Assembly (NCBI GenBank): GCA_945877355.1
Contig: CAMCRT010000002.1
Span: 3,084-67,083, forward strand
Direction: 5' to 3'
Length of the DNA stretch: 64,000 nt
From: an uncultured Mitsuokella sp.
GTDB lineage: Bacteria; Bacillota; Negativicutes; Selenomonadales; Selenomonadaceae
Shown: positions 15,754 to 25,143 of the stretch, piece after piece
Layout: the number at the start of each line of letters is the position of its first letter
Numbering within the stretch: position 1 is the first letter of the stretch
Position numbers and translations under genes: made by a program
The notes under the pieces: generated by a model
Told to the model about the DNA's origin: nothing
The model's database searches: none
Seen by the model: only the letters and a program-made list of their open reading frames with translations

Positions 15754-15796
15754 TTGTTCCATTTGCTAATAAATTGTATAGCATGTACAATTTATC

Positions 15797-15825
15797 TTGA
15801 CAACTGTACACATGAGGAATAGAAT
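15797..15825 (+). promoter_or_regulatory. Sigma-70-type promoter upstream of ilvE
   Basis: TTGACA (15797-15802), a 17-nt spacer, then TAGAAT (15820-15825). Confidence 0.5.
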
Positions 15826-15861
15826 AGACATACTTTTGAAGCTAGAAAAGGGGAATGCAAC

Positions 15862-16884
15862 ATGGCAAATGTGAACATCGATTGGGATAATCTTACATTC
15901 TCGTATCAGCCTGTCTCCAAGCGCTACGTGGCCAACTATAAGGATGGCAAGTGGGGCAAGGGCGGCCTCACGGAGGATGCGACGATCACGCTGAACGAGT
16001 GCGCCGGCATCCTGCAGTATTGCCAGGAGGTCTTCGAGGGTCTCAAGGCCTACAAGACAAAGGATGGTCGCGTCGTCACCTTCCGTCCGGACCTCAACGC
16101 TCAGCGCATGTACGATTCGGCCCAGCGTCTCGAGATGCCTCCTGTCCCGAAGGAGATGTTCCTGGAGGCGGTGGACCAGGTGGTCGTAGCCAACAAGGAT
16201 TGGATCCCGCCCTATGAGTCTGGCGGCTCCCTCTACCTTCGCCCATACCTCTTTGCCACGGGTCCGGTCATCGGCGTGAAGCCCTCGGACGAGTACCAGT
16301 TCCGCCTCTTCGCCACGCCGGTGGGCTCCTACTTCAAGAATGGCATCAAGCCCATCACCATCTGCGTCAGCGACTTCGACCGGGCTGCCCCCCATGGTAC
16401 GGGCCACATCAAGGCGGGCCTCAATTATGCCATGAGCCTCCATGCCTACATCACGGCTCACACGAATGGCTTCGACGAGAACATGTTCCTGGATCCCGCT
16501 ACCCGCACCTATGTGGAGGAGACGGGCGGCGCGAACTTCCTCTTCGTCACGAAGGATAATACCATCGTGACGCCGAAGTCCGACTCCATCCTGCCCTCCA
16601 TCACCCGTCGCTCCCTCATGCACATTGCGGAGGACTTGGGCTACAAGGTGGAGCAGCGTCCTGTGAAGCTCGCTGAGCTCAAGGACTTCGCCGAGTGCGG
16701 CCTCTGCGGCACGGCGGCCGTCATCTGCCCTGTGGGCAAGGTGGTGGACCACGGCAAGGAGATTGCCTTCCCCAGCGGCATGAGCGAGATGGGTCCTGTG
16801 CTCACGAAGCTCTATGAGACCCTCCGGGGCATCCAGCTGGGCACCGTCGAGGCACCGGCTGGCTGGATTCGTGAAATCAAATAA
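15862..16884 (+). CDS. ilvE: Branched-chain amino acid aminotransferase
   Basis: 340 aa with class IV aminotransferase features (QEVFEGLKAYKTKDGRVVTFRPD..., GGANFLFV, GTAAVI). Confidence 0.9.
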   Translation: MANVNIDWDNLTFSYQPVSKRYVANYKDGKWGKGGLTEDATITLNECAGILQYCQEVFEGLKAYKTKDGRVVTFRPDLNAQRMYDSAQRLEMPPVPKEMFLEAVDQVVVANKDWIPPYESGGSLYLRPYLFATGPVIGVKPSDEYQFRLFATPVGSYFKNGIKPITICVSDFDRAAPHGTGHIKAGLNYAMSLHAYITAHTNGFDENMFLDPATRTYVEETGGANFLFVTKDNTIVTPKSDSILPSITRRSLMHIAEDLGYKVEQRPVKLAELKDFAECGLCGTAAVICPVGKVVDHGKEIAFPSGMSEMGPVLTKLYETLRGIQLGTVEAPAGWIREIK

Positions 16885-16900
16885 TATATGCCTTTTTCTG

Positions 16901-16930
16901 GCCCTCTTCCCTTTGGGAGAGGGCTTTTCT
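16901..16930 (+). terminator. Rho-independent terminator after ilvE
   Basis: Stem GCCCTCTTCC/GGGAGAGGGC with a CTTT loop, then TTTTCT. Confidence 0.75.
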
Positions 16931-17074
16931 GTGTGCGGGTATCCGCGTATGATTTTAGGATGAAAAAATTTTGTAGATAACAAGGATTTTCCCCATCGGT
17001 GCAAGAAATATTCAGAGTGGTATTATATTTTATGAAGGGACTTATATTTTCTCTGTTTGTGGGAGTTTTTCAAT

Positions 17075-17932
17075 ATGCCGATGGATTTCAATTTTTCCTT
17101 TCCGACCCAGATCCATGGGATGTTTCGCGGCGTCATCACGACGCTGAGCATACTCGACCTCGTGGATATCCTCATCGTGGCGGTCATCCTCTATAAGCTT
17201 TACGTCATGCTGCAGGATACCCGGGCCATCACGCTTGTCAAGGGCGTCCTGGTGCTCCTTGCCGTCACGGTCATCGCCAGCTGGGCGGAGCTCCATGTCA
17301 TATCCTGGCTCTTGCAGAAGGCAGTGACGCTGCTCTTCGTGGCGCTCCCCATCGTGTTCCAGCCGGAGCTGAGGCGAGCTCTAGAGCATCTGGGGCAAGG
17401 AAGGTTCCTGGCACCTGTCATGTCCCTCGACGATGAGGAGGCCCGCTCCGTCGTCCACGAGCTGACAAAGGCGGTGCGGGTGCTGGCGGCCAACAAGACG
17501 GGCGCACTCATCGTAGTGGAAAGGGATATGGGGCTCAACGATATCAGCGCCACGGGCATCCAGATCGATGCCCTCATCACAGCGGACTTTCTTCTGAATG
17601 TATTCATCCCCAATACGCCCCTTCACGATGGGGCGGCCATCGTCCGGGGCAAGCGGCTCGTGGCGGCAGGATGCCTCCTCCCCTTGACGGAGAACCGGTC
17701 GCTGGCCACGGAGCTCGGAACCCGTCACCGGGCGGCCATCGGCCTCTCGGAGCAGTGCGATGCACTCATCATCGTTGTCAGCGAGGAGACGGGCACCATA
17801 TCCGTGGCGGAGAATGGGCGCATCCGCCGCCATCTCGACACGGAGATGCTCAAGGCGGTGCTGGAGCCGGTATTCCGTCCGGAGAAGGAAGGCATCCGCG
17901 ACATGGTCATGAATTGGAGGCGTAAGAAATGA
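17075..17932 (+). CDS. cdaA: Diadenylate cyclase CdaA
   Basis: Three N-terminal TM segments plus a DAC domain (GALIVVERD..., TPLHDGAAIVRG, GTRHRAAIGLSE). ATG at 17075 lies 9 nt after GGGAG. Confidence 0.9.
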   Translation: MPMDFNFSFPTQIHGMFRGVITTLSILDLVDILIVAVILYKLYVMLQDTRAITLVKGVLVLLAVTVIASWAELHVISWLLQKAVTLLFVALPIVFQPELRRALEHLGQGRFLAPVMSLDDEEARSVVHELTKAVRVLAANKTGALIVVERDMGLNDISATGIQIDALITADFLLNVFIPNTPLHDGAAIVRGKRLVAAGCLLPLTENRSLATELGTRHRAAIGLSEQCDALIIVVSEETGTISVAENGRIRRHLDTEMLKAVLEPVFRPEKEGIRDMVMNWRRKK

Positions 17933-18879
17933 TGCACCGCATGCGAGACCTCGTCCAGCACAACCTGGCGGCAAAAATCGCGGCCGTCGTCATCGCCTTT
18001 TTGCTCTGGGGCTATGTCATGAATGACCAGAACCCTGTCATCGAGAGCACCTATACGGTGCCCCTCACGGTGCTCAATGCGCCCTCTGGCTACCAGCTGA
18101 CAAATGAGACGAAGGAGGTCAAGCTGAAGGTCAAGGCAGCGAGATCCCTCTTTGTCTCCACCTCCGTGGAGGACTTCCACGCCTTCATCGACCTCTCCGG
18201 CCTCACGGAGGGCACCCAGGAGGTCAAGGTGCAGACATCGCTTCCCCAGGGCTTCGAGCTGGTGGAGGCCCGGCCGGATACGGTGGAGGTCACCCTCGAT
18301 AAGCTGGTGTCGAAGACCTTCAAGGTGGAATATATCACCACGGGAAGTGCCGCCTCCGGGGCCACAGTGGCAAGCTTCGAGCCCTCCGTCACCTACCTCT
18401 CCGTCTCGGGACCGGACTCGGTGCTGCAGGCGGTCAGCCGGGTCGTTGGCTATATCAGCCTGAACGGGCAGAAGGAGGACTTCACCCAGGAGGTGTCCCT
18501 CGTGGCCCTGGGCTCGGACGGCCGCGAGATCCACGGGGTCACGCTCTCGAAGGAAACGGCCTCGGTGAAGGTCCAGCTGGCCCGGGGGCTCACCCGCAAG
18601 GTAGTGACCATCCATCCTGTGGTGGGCACGGATCTTGAGGCAGGCTATACCCTGGGCACGGTCCAGGCAAATCCGGCAAAGATCGAGATCGCTGGCCCGG
18701 AGGATCTCCTGAAGTCCATCTCGAGCGTGGATACGGCGACCATATCGCTCTCTGGCGTCACGGCGGATACGACAAAGACGGTGACGCTCACCCTGCCGCA
18801 GGGCGTGACGGTGACGAATCCGAATGTGACCGTGTCCATTGCCGTGAAGCCGAAGGAAAAGACAGGGGAGAAATCGTGA
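17929..18879 (+). CDS. cdaR: CdaA regulatory protein CdaR (YbbR-domain protein)
   Basis: N-terminal TM followed by repeated YbbR-like beta modules (V.V.V). ATGA overlap with cdaA. Confidence 0.8.
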   Translation: MMHRMRDLVQHNLAAKIAAVVIAFLLWGYVMNDQNPVIESTYTVPLTVLNAPSGYQLTNETKEVKLKVKAARSLFVSTSVEDFHAFIDLSGLTEGTQEVKVQTSLPQGFELVEARPDTVEVTLDKLVSKTFKVEYITTGSAASGATVASFEPSVTYLSVSGPDSVLQAVSRVVGYISLNGQKEDFTQEVSLVALGSDGREIHGVTLSKETASVKVQLARGLTRKVVTIHPVVGTDLEAGYTLGTVQANPAKIEIAGPEDLLKSISSVDTATISLSGVTADTTKTVTLTLPQGVTVTNPNVTVSIAVKPKEKTGEKS

Positions 18880-18906
18880 GAGCCTTTTGCAGGAGAACGG
18901 TAGGAA

Positions 18907-20505
18907 TTGATTAGGATACGTAATTTTTCTGTGCCCATCGGCGTGAAAAAGCCGCTGGAGGCACTGGCGGCGGATAGGCTCGGCATCAAAGGGGACGAGG
19001 TACGGGATGTGCGCCTGGTGCGAAAGGCCGTGGATGCTCGGCGGTATCGCGGCGCACCGATTTCCTTCGTCTATATGCTGGATGTATCGCTGAAGATCAG
19101 TGAGAAGCGGGTGCTCTCCCATCTGTCCCGGGATCGGAATATCGAGAGGGCGCAGGAAAGGCGGGAGAAGGAGCCGCTCCCCAAGGCAAACCTCGACAAA
19201 CAGCCCATCGTCGTGGGCTTCGGCCCGGCGGGGATGCTGGCGGCCCTGACGCTAGCCCGTGCCGGGGCTGCGCCCCTCGTGCTGGAGCGGGGGCAGGATG
19301 TGGACACCCGCCACGCCGATATCGCCAGATTCTGGGCGGGTGGCCCCTTTTCACCCCAGTCGAATGTCCAGTTCGGCGAGGGGGGCGCCGGCACATTTTC
19401 CGACGGGAAGCTGACGACCCGGGTACAGGATCCCCACATGGAGGATATCCTCGAGGCCTTCGTGGCGGCGGGGGCGCCGGAGGAGATACGCTATCTCCAG
19501 AAGCCCCACATCGGCACGGACATCCTGCGCACCGTGGTGAAAAATATCCGGAGGGAGATCATCCGCCTGGGCGGCAGAGTGCGCTTCGGCGCCCAGGTGA
19601 CGGGCCTGGTGCAGGGGCCGGACGGGGCTCAGGGCGTCCTCGTGAATGGCGAGGAGCGCCTCGAGGCGAGCGGTGTATTCCTTGCCATCGGCCACTCGGC
19701 CCGGGATACCTACCAGATGCTTTTCGATAGCGGCATCCAGATGGAGGCAAAGCCCTTCGCCATGGGGGTGCGCATCGAGCATCCCCAGGAATTCATCGAC
19801 CGGGCCCAGTACGGAGAGAACGCGGGAAATCCCGCTCTCCCGGTGGCGGACTATGCCCTGACGGCAAAGGACGAAGCTACGGGGCGGGGCGTATACTCCT
19901 TCTGCATGTGCCCCGGAGGCCTCGTGGTGGCGGCGGCCTCGGAGACGGGGCGCGTGGTGACGAATGGCATGAGCAACTATCGCCGGAACTCCGGCATCGC
20001 CAACTCCGCCCTTCTCGTGCAGGTGGGGCCCGCCGACTACGGCAGCGGCGTGCTGGACGGCATGCATCTCCAGCGGGATCTGGAGCGCATCGCCTTTCTT
20101 CTGGGCGGGAGCAATTACTTTGCCCCGGTCCAGACCGTGGGGGACTTCCTCTCCGGGCGCAAGGGGTCTACGGCATTTCTGACCCATCCCACCTACGCCC
20201 CCGGCGTGCGCACGGCTGACCTTCACGCCTGCCTGCCCCGGTATATCACGGACACCCTCGCCACGGGCCTTCATGCCTTTGATCGGCGCATACCGGGCTT
20301 CGCAGATCCCGGGGCCGTGATGACGGGGGTGGAGACCCGCTCCTCGGCACCCTGCCGGATCCCCCGGGATAGGGCGACCTTTGTCTCCAGCTCTACGCCG
20401 GGGCTCTATCCCATCGGGGAGGGGGCGGGCTACGCGGGGGGCATCATGAGTGCCGCCTGTGACGGCATGAAGGCGGCCATCGCGTTCTTGCAGGCCCACG
20501 CTTGA
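18907..20505 (+). CDS. FAD-dependent oxidoreductase of unknown function
   Basis: 532 aa with a dinucleotide-binding motif VVGFGPAGMLAAL and GGAGTFSDGKL. It resembles the uncharacterised FAD-dependent dehydrogenase family common in Firmicutes. Confidence 0.75.
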   Translation: MIRIRNFSVPIGVKKPLEALAADRLGIKGDEVRDVRLVRKAVDARRYRGAPISFVYMLDVSLKISEKRVLSHLSRDRNIERAQERREKEPLPKANLDKQPIVVGFGPAGMLAALTLARAGAAPLVLERGQDVDTRHADIARFWAGGPFSPQSNVQFGEGGAGTFSDGKLTTRVQDPHMEDILEAFVAAGAPEEIRYLQKPHIGTDILRTVVKNIRREIIRLGGRVRFGAQVTGLVQGPDGAQGVLVNGEERLEASGVFLAIGHSARDTYQMLFDSGIQMEAKPFAMGVRIEHPQEFIDRAQYGENAGNPALPVADYALTAKDEATGRGVYSFCMCPGGLVVAAASETGRVVTNGMSNYRRNSGIANSALLVQVGPADYGSGVLDGMHLQRDLERIAFLLGGSNYFAPVQTVGDFLSGRKGSTAFLTHPTYAPGVRTADLHACLPRYITDTLATGLHAFDRRIPGFADPGAVMTGVETRSSAPCRIPRDRATFVSSSTPGLYPIGEGAGYAGGIMSAACDGMKAAIAFLQAHA

Positions 20506-20543
20506 TTTTATGCAGCTTGATTTTGAAAATAAGGAGAGTAAAA

Positions 20544-21893
20544 ATGGCAAGACTTTTTGGAACAGACGGTGTCCGCGGGGAAGCGAATACATCCCTCACC
20601 CCGGAGCTGGCCTATCGGCTCGGCCGAGCAGCGACCCTTTACTTCGGCAAGGAGTCGGAGGGGAAGCCTCTCATCATCATTGGCCGGGACACCCGCATCT
20701 CCGGCGAGATGTTCGAGGCGGCTCTCACGGCGGGCATCACCTCTGCCGGCGGCCGGGCCATGCTGGCGGGCATCATCCCGACGCCGGCCATTGCCTATCT
20801 CGCCCGTCGCCATAGTGCCAAGGCGGGCATCGTCATCTCTGCCTCCCACAATCCCTTCGGCGACAATGGCATCAAGTTCTTCGGCGGCGACGGCTACAAG
20901 CTGCCGGACTCGGTGGAGGACGAGCTGGAGGCCATCGTGAACCACCTGGCGGAAAACGATGACTACCCGCGTCCCCACGGCGCCGCCATCGGACACATCG
21001 AGTATCGCACAGATCTCCAGAACCAGTACATGGAGTTCGTCCTCTCCACCTGCAAGGAACGGTTCGACGGCATGAAGGTGGTGCTGGACTGCGCCAACGG
21101 TGCGGCCTACGAGGTCATGCCGAAGATCCTCCGCCAGCTGGGGGCCGATGTGAAGGTCATCCACGCCCTGCCGAACGGCACGAACATCAACGACGGCTGC
21201 GGCTCTACCCACCTGGAGTCCCTCCAGAAGGCGGTGCTGGAGAACAAGGCGGACTTCGGCATCGCCCACGATGGGGATGCGGACCGCTGCCTCTGCGTGG
21301 ACGAAAAGGGGGAGGTCATCGACGGTGACCATATCCTCGTCATGTGTGCCACGGACATGATAAAGAAGGGGACGCTTCCCTACAACACGGTGGTCACCAC
21401 CGTCATGGCAAATATCGGCTTCCACAAGGCCATCAAGGAGGCCGGCGGCCGGGCGGAGATCACGGCTGTGGGCGATCGTTATGTGTTGGAGAACATGCTG
21501 AAGAACGGCTATAAGATCGGCGGCGAGCAGTCGGGCCACATCATCTTCACGGATTTCGCCACCACGGGCGACGGCCTCATCACGGCCCTCCAGGTGCTCA
21601 GCTCCCTGAAGCGCAGCGGCCGCAAGGCCTCGGAGCTCACGGCCATGATGACGACGTATCCCCAGCTTCTCGTAAATGTCCGGGTTGCCACGAAGGAGGG
21701 CTGGGAGGAAAACGCTGCCATCAAGGCGGCTATCGAAGAGGGCGAGAAGGAGCTGGGCTCTGACGGCCGCATCCTCGTGCGCCCCTCCGGCACGGAGCCC
21801 CTCATCCGGGTCATGGCAGAGGGGGCGGACCAGGCCCAGCTGGACCGCATCTGCCATGCCATCGCCGACGTGGTGAAAAAGGAGCAGGGCTGA
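20544..21893 (+). CDS. glmM: Phosphoglucosamine mutase
   Basis: MARLFGTDGVRGEAN, the active-site segment SASHNPFGDNGIKFF and the metal site HDGDADR are all present. I prefer the ATG at 20544. Confidence 0.93.
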   Translation: MARLFGTDGVRGEANTSLTPELAYRLGRAATLYFGKESEGKPLIIIGRDTRISGEMFEAALTAGITSAGGRAMLAGIIPTPAIAYLARRHSAKAGIVISASHNPFGDNGIKFFGGDGYKLPDSVEDELEAIVNHLAENDDYPRPHGAAIGHIEYRTDLQNQYMEFVLSTCKERFDGMKVVLDCANGAAYEVMPKILRQLGADVKVIHALPNGTNINDGCGSTHLESLQKAVLENKADFGIAHDGDADRCLCVDEKGEVIDGDHILVMCATDMIKKGTLPYNTVVTTVMANIGFHKAIKEAGGRAEITAVGDRYVLENMLKNGYKIGGEQSGHIIFTDFATTGDGLITALQVLSSLKRSGRKASELTAMMTTYPQLLVNVRVATKEGWEENAAIKAAIEEGEKELGSDGRILVRPSGTEPLIRVMAEGADQAQLDRICHAIADVVKKEQG

Positions 21894-22669
21894 TGAAGGC
21901 AATTCTTCTTACGAGCTTCGGCGTGGCGGACGATGGGGCAAGGGCAGCATGCCTTGACTCCCTCGCGGCAGATATCCGCGCCGCCCTTCCAGACTTCGAG
22001 CTGCGGGAGGCCTACACCTCGAACTTCATCCGGGGCCGGCTGGCGAAAAAGGGCATCCAGAAGGATAGCCTGCCGGAGGCGCTGGAGCGCCTCGCGGGCG
22101 AGGGCTTTACGGAGGTCTATGTCCAGCCCACCCACCTGACCCCCGGGGAGGAGTACGAGAAAAAGGTGAAGGCCGCCGTGGAGGCCTTCAAGAACCGCTT
22201 TGAGCAGCTGACACTGGGGGAGACCCTTTTCTGCTCGGAGGCGGACTACGAGCAGGTGGCGGACTTCCTCCAAGGGGAAATCGGCGTGCCGGAGGGGGGA
22301 GCCCTCGTGCTCCTCGGTCACGGCTCCCCCCACCAGCACAATCCCGTCTATGAGAAGCTCCAGGCCATATTCGACGGGCGCGGTCAGCGCAGCTACATCG
22401 GGGTGGTGGAGGAGTCGGATACGCCGAACTATCCCATGGTGCTCTCCCACCTTCAGAAGGCGGGCGTCAAAAGCGTCCGGCTGGCGCCGCTATTGCTCTC
22501 CGGCGGTGTCCACGTCACGGAGGATATGGCAGGGGAGGGGGAGGCCTCCTGGAAAAGCCGCCTCGAGAGGGAGGGCTTCCAGGTAACGCCCCTTCTCCGA
22601 GGGCTGGGGGAGTATCCCGCCTTCCGGGCCCTCTACGTCAAAAAGGCGCAGCAGCTTGTAAAGGCTTGA
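21893..22669 (+). CDS. cbiK: Sirohydrochlorin cobaltochelatase CbiK (anaerobic chelatase)
   Basis: 258 aa, collinear with Salmonella CbiK as I recall it (LLTSFG..., REAYTS, VQPTHL.PGEEYEK, LLGHGS.H, SWKSRLE..GF, GLGEYPA). Its ATG overlaps the glmM TGA by 1 nt. Confidence 0.85.
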   Translation: MKAILLTSFGVADDGARAACLDSLAADIRAALPDFELREAYTSNFIRGRLAKKGIQKDSLPEALERLAGEGFTEVYVQPTHLTPGEEYEKKVKAAVEAFKNRFEQLTLGETLFCSEADYEQVADFLQGEIGVPEGGALVLLGHGSPHQHNPVYEKLQAIFDGRGQRSYIGVVEESDTPNYPMVLSHLQKAGVKSVRLAPLLLSGGVHVTEDMAGEGEASWKSRLEREGFQVTPLLRGLGEYPAFRALYVKKAQQLVKA

Positions 22670-22801
22670 TGATTTCATAGATAAAAGTAATGGTTCTAAT
22701 GAAATCTAAGTATATGCCTTTCCTTTTTTCTGAAAATAGTCTATAATACATGCTATAGCAATTAAAAATATTCAAACAATAGTGAATCATGAGGTGATTG
22801 T

Positions 22802-23137
22802 ATGTCGCAACCTGTAACAACAAACCCCTTCATCATCATGCTCATCAACATGACGGTCGTGTTCCTGGTGCTGATTGCCTTGGGGCTCGTCATCCGGCTC
22901 ATCCACGTCTTTGACCCGACGGCAAAGAAGGAAGAAAAGCCTGCACAAGCTCCGGCACCCGTCCAGGAGGCCGAGCCCGTTCCGGAGCTTCCCAACTCCT
23001 ACGATGGGGTGGATCCGGAAATCATCGCCGTCATCGCGGCAGCCGTTGCCAGCATGGGCGGCGGCAGCCTGAAGGTGCGGGCTGTGCGTCCCCTAGAGCG
23101 GGAGGGCTGGAAGCAGTCCGGCCGCCTCGGGCGCTGA
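22802..23137 (+). CDS. Na+-translocating decarboxylase small subunit (OadG family)
   Basis: 111 aa with one N-terminal TM (NMTVVFLVLIALGLVI), a Pro/Ala-rich linker and IIAVIAAAVASMGG. It lies directly upstream of the beta subunit. Confidence 0.7.
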   Translation: MSQPVTTNPFIIMLINMTVVFLVLIALGLVIRLIHVFDPTAKKEEKPAQAPAPVQEAEPVPELPNSYDGVDPEIIAVIAAAVASMGGGSLKVRAVRPLEREGWKQSGRLGR

Positions 23138-23155
23138 TGGGAAGGAGGAACTCAC

Positions 23156-24286
23156 ATGGAACTTATCAATGCATTTTCCGTTTCGTTGCAGGCTGTGTGG
23201 ACAGACAGCGGCTTTTACAACTTCACGGCGGGCAACGCCATCATGATTCTCGTCGGCCTCGTGCTCTTGTACCTGGCTATCGTCAAGGAATTCGAGCCGC
23301 TGCTCTTGGGGCCCATCGCCTTTGGCTGCGTCCTGGCGAACTTCCCGAATACGGGCTTTATGGAAGAACCCGGCCTCATGCAGGCCATCCACTATGGCAT
23401 TGCCAATGAGATCTTCCCGCCCCTCATCTTCCTGGGCATCGGCGCCATGACAGACTTCGGCCCGCTCCTGGCACGGCCCTCGACGCTGCTACTCGGCGCT
23501 GCGGCGCAGATCGGCGTCTTCATCGCCCTCGTGGGGGCCATGCTCCTGGGCTTCAATGTCCAGGAGGCCGGCGCCATCGGCATCATCGGCGGTGCGGACG
23601 GCCCGACGGCCATCTACCTCACCATCCAGATGGCGCCCCATCTCCTGGGAGCCATCGCCGTCGCCGCCTACTCCTACATGTCCCTGGTGCCCCTCATCCA
23701 GCCGCCTGTCATGAAGCTCCTCACCACCCAGAAGGAGCGGGAGATTGTCATGGAGCAGCTTCGCCCGGTGACGAAGTTCGAGCGGCTCTGCTTCCCCATT
23801 GTGTCGGCTATCCTCATCAGCCTTCTTCTGCCGCCCATCGCATCCCTCCTCGGCATGCTCATGCTCGGCAATATCTTCCGGGAGTCCGGCGTCATGGACC
23901 GCCTCTCCGATACGGCCCAGAACTCCCTGTGCAACATCGTCACCATCTTCCTGGCCACGGGCACTGGCCTCACCATGACGGCTGAGTCCTTCCTGGTGCC
24001 CCAGACGCTCCTCATCATCTTCCTGGGCCTCGTGGCCTTCATCGCCGGCACGGCTGGCGGCGTCATCTTCGGCAAGATCATGTGCCGTCTCTCCGGCTGG
24101 AAGATCAACCCCCTCATCGGCTCCGCCGGCGTCTCCGCCGTCCCCATGGCTGCCCGCGTCAGCCAGGTGGTCGGCATGAAGGCAAAGCCCGGCAACTACC
24201 TGCTGATGCACGCCATGGGTCCGAACGTGGCTGGCGTCATCGGCACAGCAGTCGCCGCAGGCACCATGCTGGCGATGCTGAAGTAA
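23156..24286 (+). CDS. Na+-translocating decarboxylase beta subunit (OadB/MmdB/GcdB family)
   Basis: 376-aa polytopic membrane protein with family-conserved segments ([51 protein letters not shown]). Confidence 0.9.
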   Translation: MELINAFSVSLQAVWTDSGFYNFTAGNAIMILVGLVLLYLAIVKEFEPLLLGPIAFGCVLANFPNTGFMEEPGLMQAIHYGIANEIFPPLIFLGIGAMTDFGPLLARPSTLLLGAAAQIGVFIALVGAMLLGFNVQEAGAIGIIGGADGPTAIYLTIQMAPHLLGAIAVAAYSYMSLVPLIQPPVMKLLTTQKEREIVMEQLRPVTKFERLCFPIVSAILISLLLPPIASLLGMLMLGNIFRESGVMDRLSDTAQNSLCNIVTIFLATGTGLTMTAESFLVPQTLLIIFLGLVAFIAGTAGGVIFGKIMCRLSGWKINPLIGSAGVSAVPMAARVSQVVGMKAKPGNYLLMHAMGPNVAGVIGTAVAAGTMLAMLK

Positions 24287-24298
24287 TCTTTGCCTATC

Positions 24299-24327
24299 AG
24301 GCTCCCTCCTTGGAGGGGGCCTTTTTC
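24299..24327 (+). terminator. Rho-independent terminator after the oadB-like gene
   Basis: Stem AGGCTCCCT/AGGGGGCCT followed by TTTTT. Confidence 0.7.
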
Positions 24328-24334
24328 GTGCGCA

Positions 24335-24363
24335 TTGACAGAGACGGGGCAAGCGTGTAGTAT
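24335..24363 (+). promoter_or_regulatory. Sigma-70-type promoter upstream of cbiL
   Basis: TTGACA (24335-24340), a 17-nt spacer, then TAGTAT (24358-24363). Confidence 0.5.
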
Positions 24364-24426
24364 GAATACCGTATGATAACTCACTCTTATAGAAAGGAAG
24401 AGGAATATGCTAGGAGGATATTTGAT

Positions 24427-25122
24427 ATGACAGGTACATTTTTCGGAATCGGCGTGGGCCCCGGTGACCCGGAGCTTCTCACCGTCAAGGCCATCAATGC
24501 CATCAAGCAGGCCGACGTGCTCATCGCACCGAAGACCGAGAAAAAGGACGGCAGCGTCGCCCTCTCCATCGCGAAGCCCTACCTTAAGGATGACATCGAG
24601 ATCGTCTACCAGGTCTTCCCCATGGTGAAGGACTTCGCCGAGGATACGGCGGCCTGGGAGGCGAACAAGGCGGAGATACTCGGCCTTCTCAAGGCAGGCA
24701 AGAACGTGGCCTTCCTGACCCTCGGCGACCCCATGTTCTTCAGCACCTACATCTACGTGTTCCGTCTGCTGGAGCATGAGGACGTGCCCATCGTCACCAT
24801 TCCCGGCATCCCGGCCTTTGCTGCCATCGGCAGCCAGGTGGGCTACCCCATCGTGGAGGGCAATGACATCCTCACCATCATCCCCGCCACGGCGAAGAAG
24901 GAGAAAATCGAGCGGGCCATGGAGGCGGCGGACAACGTCGTCCTCATGAAGGTCTACAAGAACTTCGACGAGATCGTGGATAGCCTCGAGGAAAAGGACC
25001 TGGCGAAGAACGCTATCCTCGTGAGCCGCGCCGGCCTGTCGGACGAGAAAATCATCCGGGATGTGCCGAAGCACCGTGGCGAGACCCTCAACTATCTTTC
25101 GACGATACTTACGCGCCGCTGA
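24427..25122 (+). CDS. cbiL: Precorrin-2 / cobalt-factor II C20-methyltransferase
   Basis: MTGTFFGIGVGPGDPELLTVKA... is a tetrapyrrole methylase fold, and the LTLGDPMFFSTY motif is typical of CobI/CbiL. ATG at 24427 follows AGGAGG. Confidence 0.85.
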   Translation: MTGTFFGIGVGPGDPELLTVKAINAIKQADVLIAPKTEKKDGSVALSIAKPYLKDDIEIVYQVFPMVKDFAEDTAAWEANKAEILGLLKAGKNVAFLTLGDPMFFSTYIYVFRLLEHEDVPIVTIPGIPAFAAIGSQVGYPIVEGNDILTIIPATAKKEKIERAMEAADNVVLMKVYKNFDEIVDSLEEKDLAKNAILVSRAGLSDEKIIRDVPKHRGETLNYLSTILTRR

Positions 25123-25143
25123 TTCCGAAAGAAGGCTTCTGTA

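Noticed and set aside
24287-25143. Expected a cobalamin riboswitch upstream of cbiL or the binding-protein gene.
   Set aside because: Only about 60 nt separate the promoter from the cbiL ATG, and cbiL and the binding-protein gene are 21 nt apart. No B12-box-like sequence is present.
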